From NCBI GenBank assembly GCA_900319695.1, contig ONPN01000026.1:3063-67062 (forward strand): a DNA stretch of 64,000 nt, in the 5' to 3' direction. The number at the start of each line of letters is the position of its first letter. Position 1 is the first letter of the stretch. The notes beneath the pieces are model-generated. The model did no database searches. It was not told where the DNA came from and was given only the letters and a program-made list of their open reading frames with translations. This stretch comes from an uncultured Eubacteriales bacterium. Its GTDB lineage: Bacteria; Bacillota; Clostridia; Oscillospirales; Oscillospiraceae. The position numbers were made by a program, and so were the translations under genes. Shown here one piece after another: positions 63,013 through 64,000 of the stretch.

Positions 63013-64000
63013 ATGAAAAAGATCTTTGCTCTGCTGCTCGCATTGACTATGATCTTCGCGCTCGCCGCCCCCGCTGTCTCTGCGGACGAGCCCGCTGCCG
63101 TCAAGGCCGGTTTCATTTTCCTGCACGACGAAACCTCCACCTACGACCTTAACTTCATCAACGGCGCCAAGGAAGCCTGCGAGAAGCTGGGCGTTGAGTA
63201 CATCTTCAAGACCAACATCCCTGAGGGCCAGGAAGCTGCCGACGCCGCTGAGGAGCTCATCGACGAGGGCTGCAACTTCATCTTTGCCGACTCTTTCGGC
63301 CATGAGTCCTTCCTGATGCAGGTCGCCAAGGACTACCCTGAGGTTCAGTTCTGCCACGCCACCGGCACCCAGGCCCACACCGCGGGTCTTGACAACTACC
63401 ACAACGGCTTCGCCTCCATCTATGAAGGCCGCTTCCTCGGCGGCGTTGCCGCGGGCCTCAAGCTCAACGAGATGATCGAGTCCGGTGCGATCACCGCCGA
63501 TCAGGCCAAGGTCGGTTACATCGGCGCCTTCCCCTACGCGGAAGTCAAGTCCGGCTACACCTCCTTCTTCCTCGGCGTCCGCTATGTCTGCCCCTCCGCC
63601 ACCATGGACGTGACCTTCACCAACTCCTGGTACGATCCCACCCTTGAAAAAGAGGGCGCCATCAAGCTCATCTCCAACGGCTGCGTTCTGATTTCCGAGC
63701 ATGCCGACTCCATGGGCGCTCCCACCGAGTGCCAGGACAAGGGCATCCCCTTCGTCTTCTACAACGGCTCCGCCGCCAATGACTGCCCCGATACCTTCAT
63801 CGTCGCCTCCCGCATTGACTGGGCTCCCTACATGGAGTACGCCATGAACTGCGTGGCCGAGGGTAAGGACATCGGCGCCGACTGGACCGGCACCATCGCC
63901 ACCGGCTCCGTCAAGCTGACCGAGATCAACGACAAGGCCGCTGCCGCCGGCACCGCCGAGAAGGTGGCCGAGGTTCAGGCCCTGATCGAGAGCGGCGAGC
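63013..64000 (+). CDS. BMP-family (PnrA/Med-like) ABC transporter substrate-binding lipoprotein; partial, runs off right edge
   Basis: Own translation from ATG 63013 behind AAAGGAG: MKKIFALLLALTMIFALAAPAVSADEPAAVKAGFIFLHDETSTYDLNFINGAKEA...SWYDPTLEKEGA... Open to the window end. Confidence 0.85.
   Translation, partial: MKKIFALLLALTMIFALAAPAVSADEPAAVKAGFIFLHDETSTYDLNFINGAKEACEKLGVEYIFKTNIPEGQEAADAAEELIDEGCNFIFADSFGHESFLMQVAKDYPEVQFCHATGTQAHTAGLDNYHNGFASIYEGRFLGGVAAGLKLNEMIESGAITADQAKVGYIGAFPYAEVKSGYTSFFLGVRYVCPSATMDVTFTNSWYDPTLEKEGAIKLISNGCVLISEHADSMGAPTECQDKGIPFVFYNGSAANDCPDTFIVASRIDWAPYMEYAMNCVAEGKDIGADWTGTIATGSVKLTEINDKAAAAGTAEKVAEVQALIESGE

Overview
High-GC (roughly 63-65%) chromosomal segment that looks like a spore-forming Clostridia genome, possibly Oscillospiraceae/Ruminococcaceae-like; the taxon is an inference from gene content and codon style. 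Most of the window is housekeeping and sporulation genes. These include a U32 peptidase, dnaD/dnaI-like loader genes, ruvX, an MscS channel, spoIVB, putP, lgt, an M16 peptidase pair, pheST behind a T-box, and yabP-yabQ-divIC-yabR. Further along are tRNA-Arg(ACG), adhE, glgB, thiI, cinA, a GH13 glucosidase, ispE, spoIIR, rsmE, xpt, and a purine riboswitch in front of a BMP-family binding protein. There are two separate three-part surface-glycosylation modules (GtrA-like flippase + polyprenol-phosphate GT2 + multi-pass GT-C membrane transferase). One of them sits in a lower-GC block next to the tRNA and includes FdtA/GNAT/aminotransferase genes for an acetamido-dideoxyhexose. Findings worth a second look:
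- pheS and pheT are each frame-broken by short internal gaps.
- A 27-aa hydrophobic ORF has its own promoter, a hairpin covering its ribosome-binding site, and a terminator (type I toxin-like). It lies next to an AT-rich islet carrying a TM+SHOCT gene.
- A ~131-nt structured sequence is duplicated 25 kb apart; one copy forms the xpt leader and start.
- A family of GGAGT/ACTCC-armed palindromic intergenic elements has five copies, one of them split by an insert.
- An orphan promoter-to-terminator unit of about 440 nt has no ORF.
- A signal-peptidase-I homolog lacks both catalytic residues.

No CRISPR array, rRNA, integrase or intact transposase was seen. All homology statements come from reading the translations and recalling family motifs, not from database searches.
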